IMG/VR virus record: IMGVR_UViG_3300030098_004861
Span: 1-32,010 of that record
DNA from: a virus
Taxonomy: Duplodnaviria > Caudoviricetes
Length of the DNA stretch: 32,010 nucleotides
Direction: 5' to 3' (one strand)
Of this stretch, positions 17,301-25,100 are shown piece by piece. Below the pieces are notes generated by a model. That model was given only the letters and a program-made list of their open reading frames with translations, ran no database searches and was not told the DNA's origin. The position numbers were made by a program, and so were the translations under genes. The stretch's first letter is position 1; each line of letters starts with the position of its first letter.

Positions 17301-17505
17301 AACTAGTGTTTCTAGTTTCAATTCCTTATCGGGAATGGGAGTAAGTGAATTCTATGGTAATTTCTCATGGGGTAGGATTGTTTTAGGTTCTAGAACTTCT
17401 CCTAAAGCATTTACTGCATATACAGAGAATGGGTTTACAGGACTTTCTACATCTGCTCTTATTACAAGAGTAGCACCTCTGAAGTCCAGAGATTATTCTG
17501 CTTAA
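5305..17505 (+). CDS. gp7: giant baseplate wedge initiator, gp7-like (4066 aa), with repeated beta modules and a YHYH-like domain
   Basis: Lies between gp6 and gp8. N-terminal QLPSFV..DFP..GEFL.QYY and FYQSKGSDESFRILFGALYG; YYQYFSYSIKS...W...V..LNHPSGFLKF motif; many GxGY and GIGT repeats. Typical of cyanomyophage gp7-like proteins. Confidence 0.75.
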   Translation: MISTDLTRVQIQSIVESQLPSFVQTDFPLLGEFLQQYYTSQEAPTASADVLQNIDEYVKLVTLTTNSDSTILRTDINQGTTEIPASFDLSQGIIGTYQFPERFGLIKIDDEIILYKEKTSNAFKGCIRGFSGVTAYNSLHSDQLTFSESNIQKHVVGAKIINLSALLFARFLIKIKGLYSPGFENRQLDEDLNQRLFISRVRDFYQSKGSDESFRILFGALYGEQCEIIRPREFLFRPSDADYRLGKNMVVESLSGDPSKLLNCTLFQDAYPNYGIRKAFAPIADIEKILDNNKEFYQFSTDYGYSADISLRGSVYGEFSAHPITKIVTQVSGGSSVIDVDSTIGFPATGELVTTYDSGITGILTYRSKSINQFYGVGVANTSVIGIGSEDSIALKKDIRLNVHAYAYVGIGTTTKVDVRIGNVLSQPVISKDTYYYDKNDVAKVESLGITTSGPKVDNWFYNLAIKYDIESVTLVDESDFTYNIVTQDKNNLKVGDKVVITDTQGSTQDSSVVELISEYSFSVKGQGRIVSASSTIERKILRSNVDVNLEDYQYIDDYLSNVQNVYLKFNNDLLVASSSIPNYENAPLDFNDRKLTLTGSYNGDTFSFLDIEDHGYYTGDAVYYDSFVTEEEDFLGNKVQTTSKFPQIDPGVFYVKRVNSNQLKLSSSRTNIDNEQFISVSGIVTSNTLRPFDFQGKKVDNQLLLREIKSPNPKAGKFITEPGNRTGILVNGVEILNYKAKDTVYYGTIEKIDVTSSGRNYDVINPPLLHLEDNVGSGATGICAVKGTLSEIDVEDSGYDYTSDPIVTITGGNGTGAQAFSNTIFKHHNVEFNAIGLGTNRSDRVILENDTIGFSTFHKFKNGEKVIYKTNGGVAVGGLSTDSIYYAHTVGVSTIKLYTNSTEAIKAGVNTVSLTNFGEGVHEFQTFEKKRIISSISVVNSGSGYENKKRVIISDAGISSSLNQIYIEDHGYKSGEILNYSFTGPKKDCIGGITSNTDYYVTAVDEDNFKLSSVGVGTTAKDHYYNTKQYIGFSSVGLGTGEHSFNYQPITVTLSGQIGVVTASGQDFSAKIQPLFRGSIDSVQITNFGSEYGSADILNYDNQPLFDLKAGTNAEVSVVIDNGRLKEAVVTNEGFGYDAPPTLTIFSDGSGSYGKLVPVVRDGKLVDVRIANAGIGYTGNIIVGIRPSGLNAQFRARIKTWTVNLFHKYLDIISVDDGILDPSPSPNLGIQYTHLYTPRKLRESVYVRNQNNDVKYGLFDLEKVNDQEVATEYHSPIVGWSYDGYPIYGPYGYTKRDGGIVRAMKSGYKLTTLSNRPSISDFPQGFFVEDYVFDDSGDLDEHNGRFCVTPDYPNGTYAYFTTINPTLIENSGPFNKYRIPEFPYLIGNTFKGEPNPFNADLKSNQIDYNLENTEWFRNTTPYSLNQNSSYYDFLFQPTKDHDFNVNVTNVSVGDIQSVGILTGGINYQVNDKILFEPLRGAQEAKAKVSAVEGVNVTNVSVASSTISELEIIPFDASGKYVAISTSPHNFINNDLVSLSGFNTSISSLQGGFRIGVRTESLSLTGGVSTTGVTGIVTYFKVAGSLGVDLLSIGENDILGIGTEKVKVLAVDEKNSRLRVLRAQNGTISVAHTATSIITEDSRKFTFDTKPQNDITFESTEEIYFEPKEAVGLGTLTGVGIGTTIFFSNPGAGITQVYIPSQSIFLPDHELNTGDLLSYRTNSGDPIGVSTDGTTSFNLPNESRVYVGKISNNLIGISTFRVGLGSTGTFVGIASTNKSGGLLRFTGLGTGVYHSFKTIKDFVVTGESTKNVVTVATASTHGLSLDDEIIMDTQPGIHTNIVVKYNDFNRRMVFDPKSFVAGDVDVINNTITITNHGLNDGDKVIHTASTSSGGLEDEKIYYIVRQSKNKVKLSLSRFESLEFTPEVVNISSASAGTLSPINPSLDFYKTNTVKFNLSDPSLCSFVGLASYSAFNLDLYTDRDFEDVFYSTRTTNTFEVSKTGTVGISTDAGLTLVVNDDLPEALFYKFTPVQGDTISDIKKELIIDKEVVGYNQIDVKDSAYSGSFAITGIGTTTTFTYNVLSDLEKGSYSLSEAALKYSTSSTAAYGPIANIAIQSKGNYYSETVGVSSIVSGIGTGAILESSSDTIGKINSTQIQNIGFDFPTDTTLRPVLNLSEVLVMEPLNSLSQVGITSVGKNYTIAPNLVVLDGLTKKEVKDAHLTYKVGDTKVTILENTKSINDITPIIIPTSNVNGIEIKTISYDMSTKNVTVGLNTAFSEDAPLVVGDKVLIENVSVGVGTTGTGFNSLNYEYSLFPLTDVNIPLGGGVGVVTYSLDGYLREGEFPGNFDVLNSAGIIVPEKYFPKFDIKLKKNNFLRGEEVQCEEKFGVVESWNNRIELLKLSSATEFDVGDIIVGRTSNTQGTIKSKIDFNAEVKVAAGSIVANGWMKDTGFLNNSLERLPDNNYYQYFSYSIKSKVDMEVWDEAVSTLNHPSGFLKFSDMIIESTQEKEKSIIANDSDLVAFLNLDSEIKIDTYPSFDLITENSLSINDDRLASNQIFFNSRILTDFFESVGNRVLVIDDISSQFNSEPRSTRFGVADSFDIEQTYKKFFTLVKDKTFTGERQCMFVSLLHNGASGFMNQYGRVESVSDLGSFDFDVSGNQGRLLFYPTKYQVNDYNISAVSFDIVGLSTVAGVGSTALGSSVDIKSTQVSVAEGTTTTLVSIGSTYRSAKILVQIDSDNGLREVDELNILHDGTTVELLEYGQVTTVFDEDYSGTGLGTYIASMSSGPLNIDFVPNAGVACTVDTLTIAMAAANTGAGGTGIGTVYLGDGIFDTAFVDSAFTAIPSSSSPLAHKIAEYEINNDSAINDHNAAYYLLSVEDTTNNVYEVSEVIVLNDSSEAYITEYASILSAGTGIGTVGAAVSTSTSHTQLMYTPNAGIAASVRVFQMGLEIAARNDDRDTVNKIDLNNASISVGYGDYTGTETDVLRAFNLQHDGRNIFQREFDGSDSTIVNLTKNTVTIPEHFYVTGEEVQYSYDVEEGSPIGIATTTISGYGSTDLLPSTTYVVKIDERTIKFAKSAEDALKAVPNILHLSSVGAGAAHTITAQDQNTKCLIALDNAIQSPIVATAVTTGISTELAFGSKVLETIGVTSFFSGDLIRISEEIMKINTVGFGATNNILVDRGWMGTNIGVHTANSIVSKIQGSYNIIDNTINFITAPQGPTPMSSTTNPPESRDWVGITTFSMFQGRSFMRSAAEDSANRPYIENVVFDDISDEFNGIGKTFTLTSDQANVGGFSTANCTVLINGVFQGPTGTLAVDQDYTLSEGLTGISSITFTGTATSEAYDPNSGSIPVRGMIVSVGSTNGLGYQPLVAAGGTAIISAAGTITSISIGNSGSGYRTGVQTTVNVGLQTLSTGVPNIEFIGTAAISGGHIVSIAITNPGTGYTATNPPDVIIDDPLSYSNLPLIYSSESTGIGTQATVDIVVGQGSSVINFEIKNTGYSYDNGQVLTIPKMGTTGIPTDPNVTFEEFQITIEETQSDQFSAWFFGELEVLDKITSEFNGSQRAFTLKKGGVPVTIRAKEGSSIDVQAALLVFVNDVLQVPGEGYTFENGSVLTFSEAPKGANPDGTFDGDTCKILFYKGSGDIDVTFTDILETVKEGDLLEVQGDANLCARSLLQDDRLVTDVVSTDIVDTNAYVGVGINGNPDCERTVNWTKQETDKIIDGQIISKARPELEALVNPTTVIIQSVGIASTIVYVESIRPFFDPDNESQTTAKTQKISITSQNNLVAAAATAVVSLANTISSVVVSYGGTGYTSAPDVIIATAVGLGTTTRASASSTLTGDAVSAITVTSPGTGYTITTPPEVLIEVPSATNEVNESDTYQGDFGIIVGIATTTVGVASTGVVFDLYIPTDSFMRDATVTGTAVTISGIQTGYYFTVSNSNIGNGLTSIYQNGSVIGIGTTFIDNVYEVAAVSVAETSTPGIANTYVARVTTSVSSFNSLSGMGVSEFYGNFSWGRIVLGSRTSPKAFTAYTENGFTGLSTSALITRVAPLKSRDYSA

Positions 17506-17512
17506 TAAACTT

Positions 17513-17520
17513 AATAAATA
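17513..17520 (+). promoter_or_regulatory. T4-type late promoter
   Basis: AATAAATA in the gp7-gp8 gap, 18 nt before the gp8 ATG. Confidence 0.65.
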
Positions 17521-17538
17521 ACTAAAAAAATTGTCAAA

Positions 17539-19095
17539 ATGGCCGCAATTATAACGGATCAACTTCGTATATTAAATACTAAAGATTTTGTCGCTAGTGT
17601 AGCATCGACAACTAATTCATATTATACGTGGATCGGTTTACCCAATGCAACCCAAGTTGATACTAACTGGAATTCTACTCCACCCAATCCGAGAGATTCT
17701 TTTAATGAAGAAAATGAGTATTGGGATAGTATGATTGCTTTGAAAAAAGTAACATCTTCTGATGTGAAACAAGTAGTTCCTAAACATACTTGGGCATCTG
17801 GTATTACTTATGATATGTATAGAAATGATATTAAAGCAGAGAATCCTTCTAAACCATCCAATGCCATTAGTTTATATGATGCCAAATATTTTGTTATAAA
17901 TTCTGATTTTAGGGTTTACATTTGTCTTCAAAATGGAACTGACCCCGATAACACCGAAGGAAAAGCATCCCTAGATGAACCAACTTTCACAGACTTAGAA
18001 CCAAGAGCGGCTGGTACTAGTGGTGATGGTTATATTTGGAAATATCTTTATACAATTAAACCTGGTGATATTACTAAATTTGATTCTACAAACTTTATGC
18101 CTGTTCCTTCGGATTGGGCAACTAACTCTGTTGATGCTCCTGTAAGAGACAATGCTGCTACCAGTGGTCAACTTAAAATTGTTACTATTACAAATAGAGG
18201 GGCTGGATTAGGTACTGCAAACCAATCATATACAAGAGTACCTATTAAAGGTGATGGAACAGGGGCAGAAGCAACTGTTGTTATTAATAGTGCATCTAAA
18301 GTGGAATCAGTAACTGTCTCAAAGGGTGGTGCTGGTTATAGTTTTGGTACTTTGGATGTTGTAGCAGGTGGAGTACCTGTAGGAAGTACAGCTCCTGCAT
18401 TTAATGTTATTATTCCTCCTGAGGGTGGTCATGGTGCTGATATATATCGTGAATTGGGGGCAAAAAGTTCTCTCATATATTGTAGAATAGAAAATGATAC
18501 AGGAAACCCTGATTTCATAACAGGGAATGAATTTGCTCGTGTGGGAATTGTACAGAATCCCAAATCGTATGGAACTAGTTCTAATTTAGAAATTGATAAA
18601 GCCAGTGCTACCTATGCTTTAAAACTTACGGGAGTTGGGGCAAGTAATGCTACATTTACTGCTGATGATTTTGTTACCCAAACTATTGGAATAGGATCTA
18701 CTGCAGTTGGTAGAGTTATTTCTTATGATCAAAATACCCAAGTTTTGAAGTATTGGCAAGATAGAACTACTGCTGGATTTAATACTAATGGTACTGCTAA
18801 TACCGATCCTGAGTATGGATTCAAATTGCATAGATTTACTAATAACGTTACTGCAAATCAGGGATCGTTAAATATTACGGGTGGATCTGTTACCTTAGGG
18901 ATTCATAGTTCATTTACAGGTGTATCTACTGTAATAAATAGTAAAACCTATTACCTTGGACAGTCATTCACAAAAGGGGTGGCTAACCCAGAAGTTAGAA
19001 AATATTCTGGAAACATTATTTACGTTGATAATAGACCTTCAATTACAAGGTCTACCAACCAAAAAGAAGATATTAAAGTCATTTTGCAATTCTAA
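17539..19095 (+). CDS. gp8: baseplate wedge subunit gp8
   Basis: MAAIITDQLRI, WDSMIALKKV, W.SG.TYDMYR, FRVYICLQN, DGYIWKYLYTI and C-terminal SGNIIYVDNR.SITRS.NQKEDIKVILQF. Confidence 0.9.
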   Translation: MAAIITDQLRILNTKDFVASVASTTNSYYTWIGLPNATQVDTNWNSTPPNPRDSFNEENEYWDSMIALKKVTSSDVKQVVPKHTWASGITYDMYRNDIKAENPSKPSNAISLYDAKYFVINSDFRVYICLQNGTDPDNTEGKASLDEPTFTDLEPRAAGTSGDGYIWKYLYTIKPGDITKFDSTNFMPVPSDWATNSVDAPVRDNAATSGQLKIVTITNRGAGLGTANQSYTRVPIKGDGTGAEATVVINSASKVESVTVSKGGAGYSFGTLDVVAGGVPVGSTAPAFNVIIPPEGGHGADIYRELGAKSSLIYCRIENDTGNPDFITGNEFARVGIVQNPKSYGTSSNLEIDKASATYALKLTGVGASNATFTADDFVTQTIGIGSTAVGRVISYDQNTQVLKYWQDRTTAGFNTNGTANTDPEYGFKLHRFTNNVTANQGSLNITGGSVTLGIHSSFTGVSTVINSKTYYLGQSFTKGVANPEVRKYSGNIIYVDNRPSITRSTNQKEDIKVILQF

Positions 19096-19101
19096 AGAAT
19101 C

Positions 19102-22100
19102 ATGCCACAGGAAACTAATCTAAACGTAGCTCCATACTTTGATGATTTCAGTGCAAATAATGACTATTATAAGGTATTATTTAAACCTGCTTATCCAGTA
19201 CAAGCAAGAGAGTTAAATAATCTTCAATCTATTTTACAAAATCAGATTGAAAAATTTGGTCAACACTTTTTTAAAGAAGGTGCGAAGATAGTTCCTGGTA
19301 ACACAACTTATATAAGTCCTTATGATTGTGTTCAATTAGAAAATGTATACTTAGGAATTCCTTTAAGTGATTATGTTAATCAAGTAAGAGGAGCAACAAT
19401 TACTGGACTGACTTCAGGAGTAACAGCAGTTGTAGATAAAATTTTAATAGGAAGAAATTCAGAAAAAGGAAATACTACTCTTTATGTAAATTATATTGGT
19501 TCTAGTACTTCCGATAATGCTGGATCTAAGTTTTTAGATGATGAATTATTAAGTGTTAATAAAGATATTTTATCTGCTAATACTACTATTGCGTCAGGGG
19601 AAGCGTGGGGATCAACATTAGCATCAGGTGCAATTTCATCAGGTTCTATATTTTCAATTTCTCAAGGAATTTATTTTGCAAGAGGTCAATTTGTAAATGT
19701 AAGTGATCAATCTATTATTCTTAGTCAATATTCCGATTCTCCTAGTTATAGAATTGGACTTTTTCTTAGTGAACAAATAATTAATGCAGATATTAATCCT
19801 CAGTTAAATGATAATGCAAGAGGGTTTACTAATTTTTCTGCTCCTGGTGCTGATAGACTTAGAATATCAACATCCTTAATTAAAAAGGCATTAGATGATT
19901 TTGATGATGATAATTTTATTGAACTTGCAACTGTAGAAGAAGGTGTATTAAAATCTAAAAAAGAAACTACTGAGTATCAACATATTGCAGATGAATTAGC
20001 TAGAAGAACATATGCTGAATCTGGTGATTATTATGTAAAACCTTTTACAACCAAAGCAAAAGAATCTTTAAATAATTATCAAGGTAATAATGGAATATAC
20101 AATAGCAATCAAGTAACACCTAGTGGTAAATCTCCTTCCGAAAGTCTTGCATTATATCAAGTTTCACCAGGTAGAGCATTTGTAAAGGGATATGATATAG
20201 AAACTGTTATTCCAACCTATTTGGATTGTCCTAAACCAAGAACTACTCAACTTGTAGAGGAACAAGCACTTGAATTCAATACAGGAGCTACTTTAAAATT
20301 AAATAAAGTATATGGATCACCTCAGATTGGTATTGGTAATACTTATGTTTTAAGTTTAAGAGATAAAAGAGTAGGTAGTGCATCTACCTTACCTGCAGGT
20401 AAAGAAATTGGTGTTGCTAGAGTGTATGATGCAGATTTAAATTCTGGATCATATGATAGAGCTAACTCCGATATTAATGAATGGGATTTAAAATTATATG
20501 ATATTCAAACAGTTACTGAAATTACTTTAAATGAAAATATAACATTAACTGTTCCTACTCATATTAAAGGAAACCAGAGTGGAGCTACTGCATTTTTGAA
20601 AGATGCTGTAACGAGTAGTACTGCATTATCTGTATATGAAGTAGAGGGAGAATTTATAAAAAATGAGAATTTTATAATTGATGGTGTAGAAAACACAAGA
20701 GTTGCTATCGCAGTAACTTCTTTTGGTATTTCTGATGTTAAATCAGTTTTTGGAAATACTAATGGACCTAGTATGAATACTGTAGGTGCTGCACAGACCT
20801 TCTCTGCAGACACTGTTCAGACAAATGTTGTTAATATTGGTATTGCAACCCTTTCACCAACTGCATGGGATTCTAGTCTTTCTGGATATCCCAGTGGAAC
20901 TATTAGTTCAATAAGAAGTACTAATCCAATATTCCCAGGAAATATTAAGGTTGGAAATATTCTTAAATTTAGTCCATCACAGACTAGTGAATTTAATGAA
21001 CCAATTATGGCATCTGTCGTAAGTGTTGGTACTACTCATGTTGTGGTAACTGGTGTTAATACTGTTACAGGTGTAGCTGATGGTAAATTACCTGCTGTTA
21101 CTACTCAAGTTTCTGATTTAACACTTGTTAGTACAAATTTACAAGATTCTGATGATAATTCATATTATACTATATTACCAAATAGTAATATTTCTAATGT
21201 TGATTTAACGGATGGAGTTATAAGAATAAGAAAAACTCAAAGCGTTCTTATTAGCGGGGGTCAACTTTCAGAGCAAGTTGCAGCTGGTACAAATGAAACA
21301 TTCTTACCCTTTAAACCAGAAAGATATACTTTAATAAAAGGTGATGGTACTACTGAACTTTTAACAGAAGATAGAGTTAAAATAACTTCTGGTTCTACTA
21401 GATTGCAAATTGAAGGTTTAAGTGATGGTATTGATGATGCTACTCTTATTACAACACTGAAGAAGCAAAAACCTAAGGCAAAAGAGAAAATTAGAAATAG
21501 GGTTAATAGTATTGTAGTAAATAAATCTATTGATTCTGCATCTGGTATTGGTTCAACCACTATTAATGATGGTTTGACTTCTGGAAATTATCCTTATGGT
21601 ACAAGAGTTCAAGATTTAGATATATCTTTAAATGTTGCAGATTTGATAGATGTTGAAGGTGTTTTTGAATCTGTTAATACTTCTGAAGCATCAGCTCCTA
21701 CAATTACTTTCTCATCATTAACAGGACCTACAGGAAAAACTTCGGATTTGATAGTAGGTGAAAAAATTACTGGAAAAACCAGTAATGCATGTGCAATTGT
21801 TGCTGAAATAATTTCCGACTCTAAAATTTCAATTATTAAAAAGAATGATATTAAGTTTAAAGAGAATGAAGTGGTTTCTTTTGAAGAATCTAAAATTGAA
21901 GGAAAAATTGTTACTGTAGATTTTACTAGTATTAATATATCTTCTAATTTTACTTATACAAATGGTCAAAATCAATCTTTCTATGGATATCCTTCTATTC
22001 AAAGAAAAACTGACTCCGATGCACCTACTAGACAATTAAAAATATATTTTTCCAATGGTTATTATCAGTCTACTGATGATGGTGATATTACGACTAAAAA

Positions 22101-25100
22101 TTCTTATGATACATTTAATTATACTACTGAAATTCAAACAGTAAATGGTATTAGAAATACTGATTTAATTGATATTCGACCTAGAGTTTCCGATTATATT
22201 GTTGCTGAAGATGCTAGATCTCCTCTTGAATTTTATGGAAGAGAATTTAATGCTGCTGGTAATTCTGCGGCTAATATTTTAGCATCCGATGAAACAATCC
22301 TAACTGATTTTTCATATTATCTTGGAAGAATGGATTCCATTTATATTACCAAAGATGGTACTTTCCAAGTTAAATATGGTACTCCTTCTGATTTTCCCAC
22401 AGAACCAGTAATAGTTGATGACGCATTGAAGATTGCGACTGCCGAACTTCCTCCATATCTTTATACTACAGATAATATTTCGATTAACTTCTTAAATTAT
22501 AAGAGATATAAGATGTCGGATATCAACCGACTTGAAAAGAGAATTACATCTTTAGAGTATTATACTTCTCTCTCTTTATTAGAAGCAAATACGGCCAGTT
22601 TATTTGTTCCTGACTCTGCAGGATTTAATAAATTTAAATCAGGATTTTTTGTTGATAATTTTACTAATTTTCTTTCTCAATCAACTCTTGTTGGGTATAA
22701 GAATAGTGTAGATGTAGAAAATCAAATTTTAAGACCAAAACATTATACAACTGCAGTTGATTTAGAATTAGGACCTGTAGAAGGAGTAAATGCTAATTCT
22801 GATAAAAGATATATTAATCCTCAAGGAACTAATATTAAAAGAACAGGAGATATAATAACCCTTAATTATAATCAAGTTGAGTGGTTAAAGCAAACATTTG
22901 GAACTAGAAGTGAGTCTGTAACTCCTTTCATGGTATCATTCTGGAAAGGAACTCTTGATCTTACACCAGCATCTGATAACTGGCTTGATACTAGAAGGTT
23001 GGATGCAAATATTATTAATGTGGAAGGTAATTTTGCAGAAACTGTTGCTCAATTTACTAGAAATTTTGGTGGAAATCCTCAACAAGGATTTTCCTCTGTT
23101 ACATGGGGTGCATGGCAGACTAATTGGGCAGGAAGAAGAGTACAAACTAGAACTATTACTACAGGTAGATGGGAAAGACATGCACGTGATATGGTTAGAA
23201 GGCAACAGAACCCCTGGTTGGCGACAACGAGACAGCAGAGGAGAATAACAGAAAGCCAAAGAAGAACAGGAACTCGGACACTAGTAACTGAACAATTTGA
23301 GCAGACTTCACAGGGAGATAGAGTTGTAAGTAGAGACCTTGTTGGGTTTATGAGATCTCGTAATGTTGAATTTGTTTCCAAAAGAGTTAAACCATCTACT
23401 AGATTATATGCATTCTTTGATGGTAGAGATGTAACTCAATATTGTGTTCCAAAACTATTAGAAATTTCAATGTCTTCTGGGGTATTCCAAATCGGGGAAA
23501 CTGTTATTGGAACAACTAGACCCATTGGAAGTGCTCCCGCTAATAATAATTTAGTAGATGCCAGTATTAGGTTTAGAGTAGCACAATCAAATCATATGGA
23601 AGGTCCATATAATGCACCTACAAAGAAATATGGATCTAGTCCTTATTCTGCTGAACCTATTCCTGCTACTTATTCATCAACCTCTACTATTTTAAATGTT
23701 GATACTTTCTCATTAGCAGATCAACCTCAAGGATCATATTGGGGATGGGTGGAAGATGATATGATGTTAGTTGGAGAAACTAGTGGTGCTTTAGCCGTTG
23801 TTACTAATGTTAGATTAGTATCTGATATTGGAGCAAATTTAATTGGAAGTTTTTATATTCCAGATCCTGATGTTGGGACCCATCCACGATTTGAAACAGG
23901 GGAAAAAATCTTTACTTTAATTAATAACGAAACTCTTGATAGAGACAATTCACAAACACTTGCAGAAGAAGGATTTACATCTACAGGAATTCTAGAAACT
24001 GTTCAAGAAGATATTGTTTCTGTTAGAAATGCAAGAGTTGAAACTCAAACTGTTACTCAAAGACGCAATACTGGTACATGGAGTAATGTAGCAGGAACTG
24101 AAGTTACTGAAAGAAGATGGAGACAATGGGATCCTTTAGCCCAATCTTTCTTTGTTGAAGATGCTAATGGTGTTTTCTTAACAAGTTGTGACGTTTATTT
24201 TGCTACCAAAGATGATACAGATCTTCCTGTTACTTTCCAATTAAGGACTATGGTAAATGGTCTTCCTACTACAAAGATTATTCCATTTTCTGAAATTGTT
24301 AAATCACCAGCTGATATTAGTACTTCTACTGATGGTTCTGTGGCAACAACGTTTACATTTAATTCACCAATATATGTTGAGGGTGGAACTGAATATGCAA
24401 TAGTTCTTCTTTCAGAATCATATAAGTATTCTGCAATTATTTCAAGAGTAGGAGAATCTGATTTAATAACAGGAACATTTACTGCTCAGCAACCATTCTT
24501 AGGTTCTTTATTTAAATCTCAGAATGGTTCTACATGGGAACCAAGTCAGTGGGAAGATCTCAAATTTACTTTATACAGAGCAGATTTTGCAACTACAGGA
24601 TCAATACAAGTTTATAGTCCTGAATTGTCTTTAGGTAATGAGCAAATTGCAAGGTTATTACCAGATCCTATTAATCTCACTTCTAGAAAAATAAGAATAG
24701 GTATTGGATCTAATTTAGAAGATGCTAATTTAAAAGCAGGATATACGATTAAGCAATTTGGAAGTAATGCTACGGGTGATTATGTTTCAAGTGCAGGAAT
24801 TGCAACAGGAACTTTAAACATTATTAATTCTGGTATTGGACTTACTCCAACATCAGGTGGATTTGTATTCCCAGATGTTAAATTAAGTAGTGTAACAGGA
24901 AGTGGTGTTAATGCAACTGCTAAAATTACTGTTGAGAATGGAGTGGCAACTGGTGCGACTATTACAGCAGGTGGAGATGGTTATGTGATTGGTGATGTTC
25001 TAAGTATTGGATCTACTGGTATTGGTAATAAGGCCATAGGTGCTAATGTTAGATTATCGGTTGTTGGGATTTCGAGTGCTACACAATTAGTTGTTGATAA

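Noticed and set aside
3560-21560. Short antisense or alternate-frame ORFs inside gp6, gp7, gp8 and the VrlC-like gene
   Set aside because: These are expected from codon bias in long genes; I saw no supporting RBS, promoter or protein motifs.
22936-23381. Three overlapping alternate-frame ORFs (97-107 aa) suggesting overprinting
   Set aside because: Locally higher GC and Arg/Trp codons reduce stop frequency, and no start signals were seen. Ribosome profiling would be needed to revive the idea.
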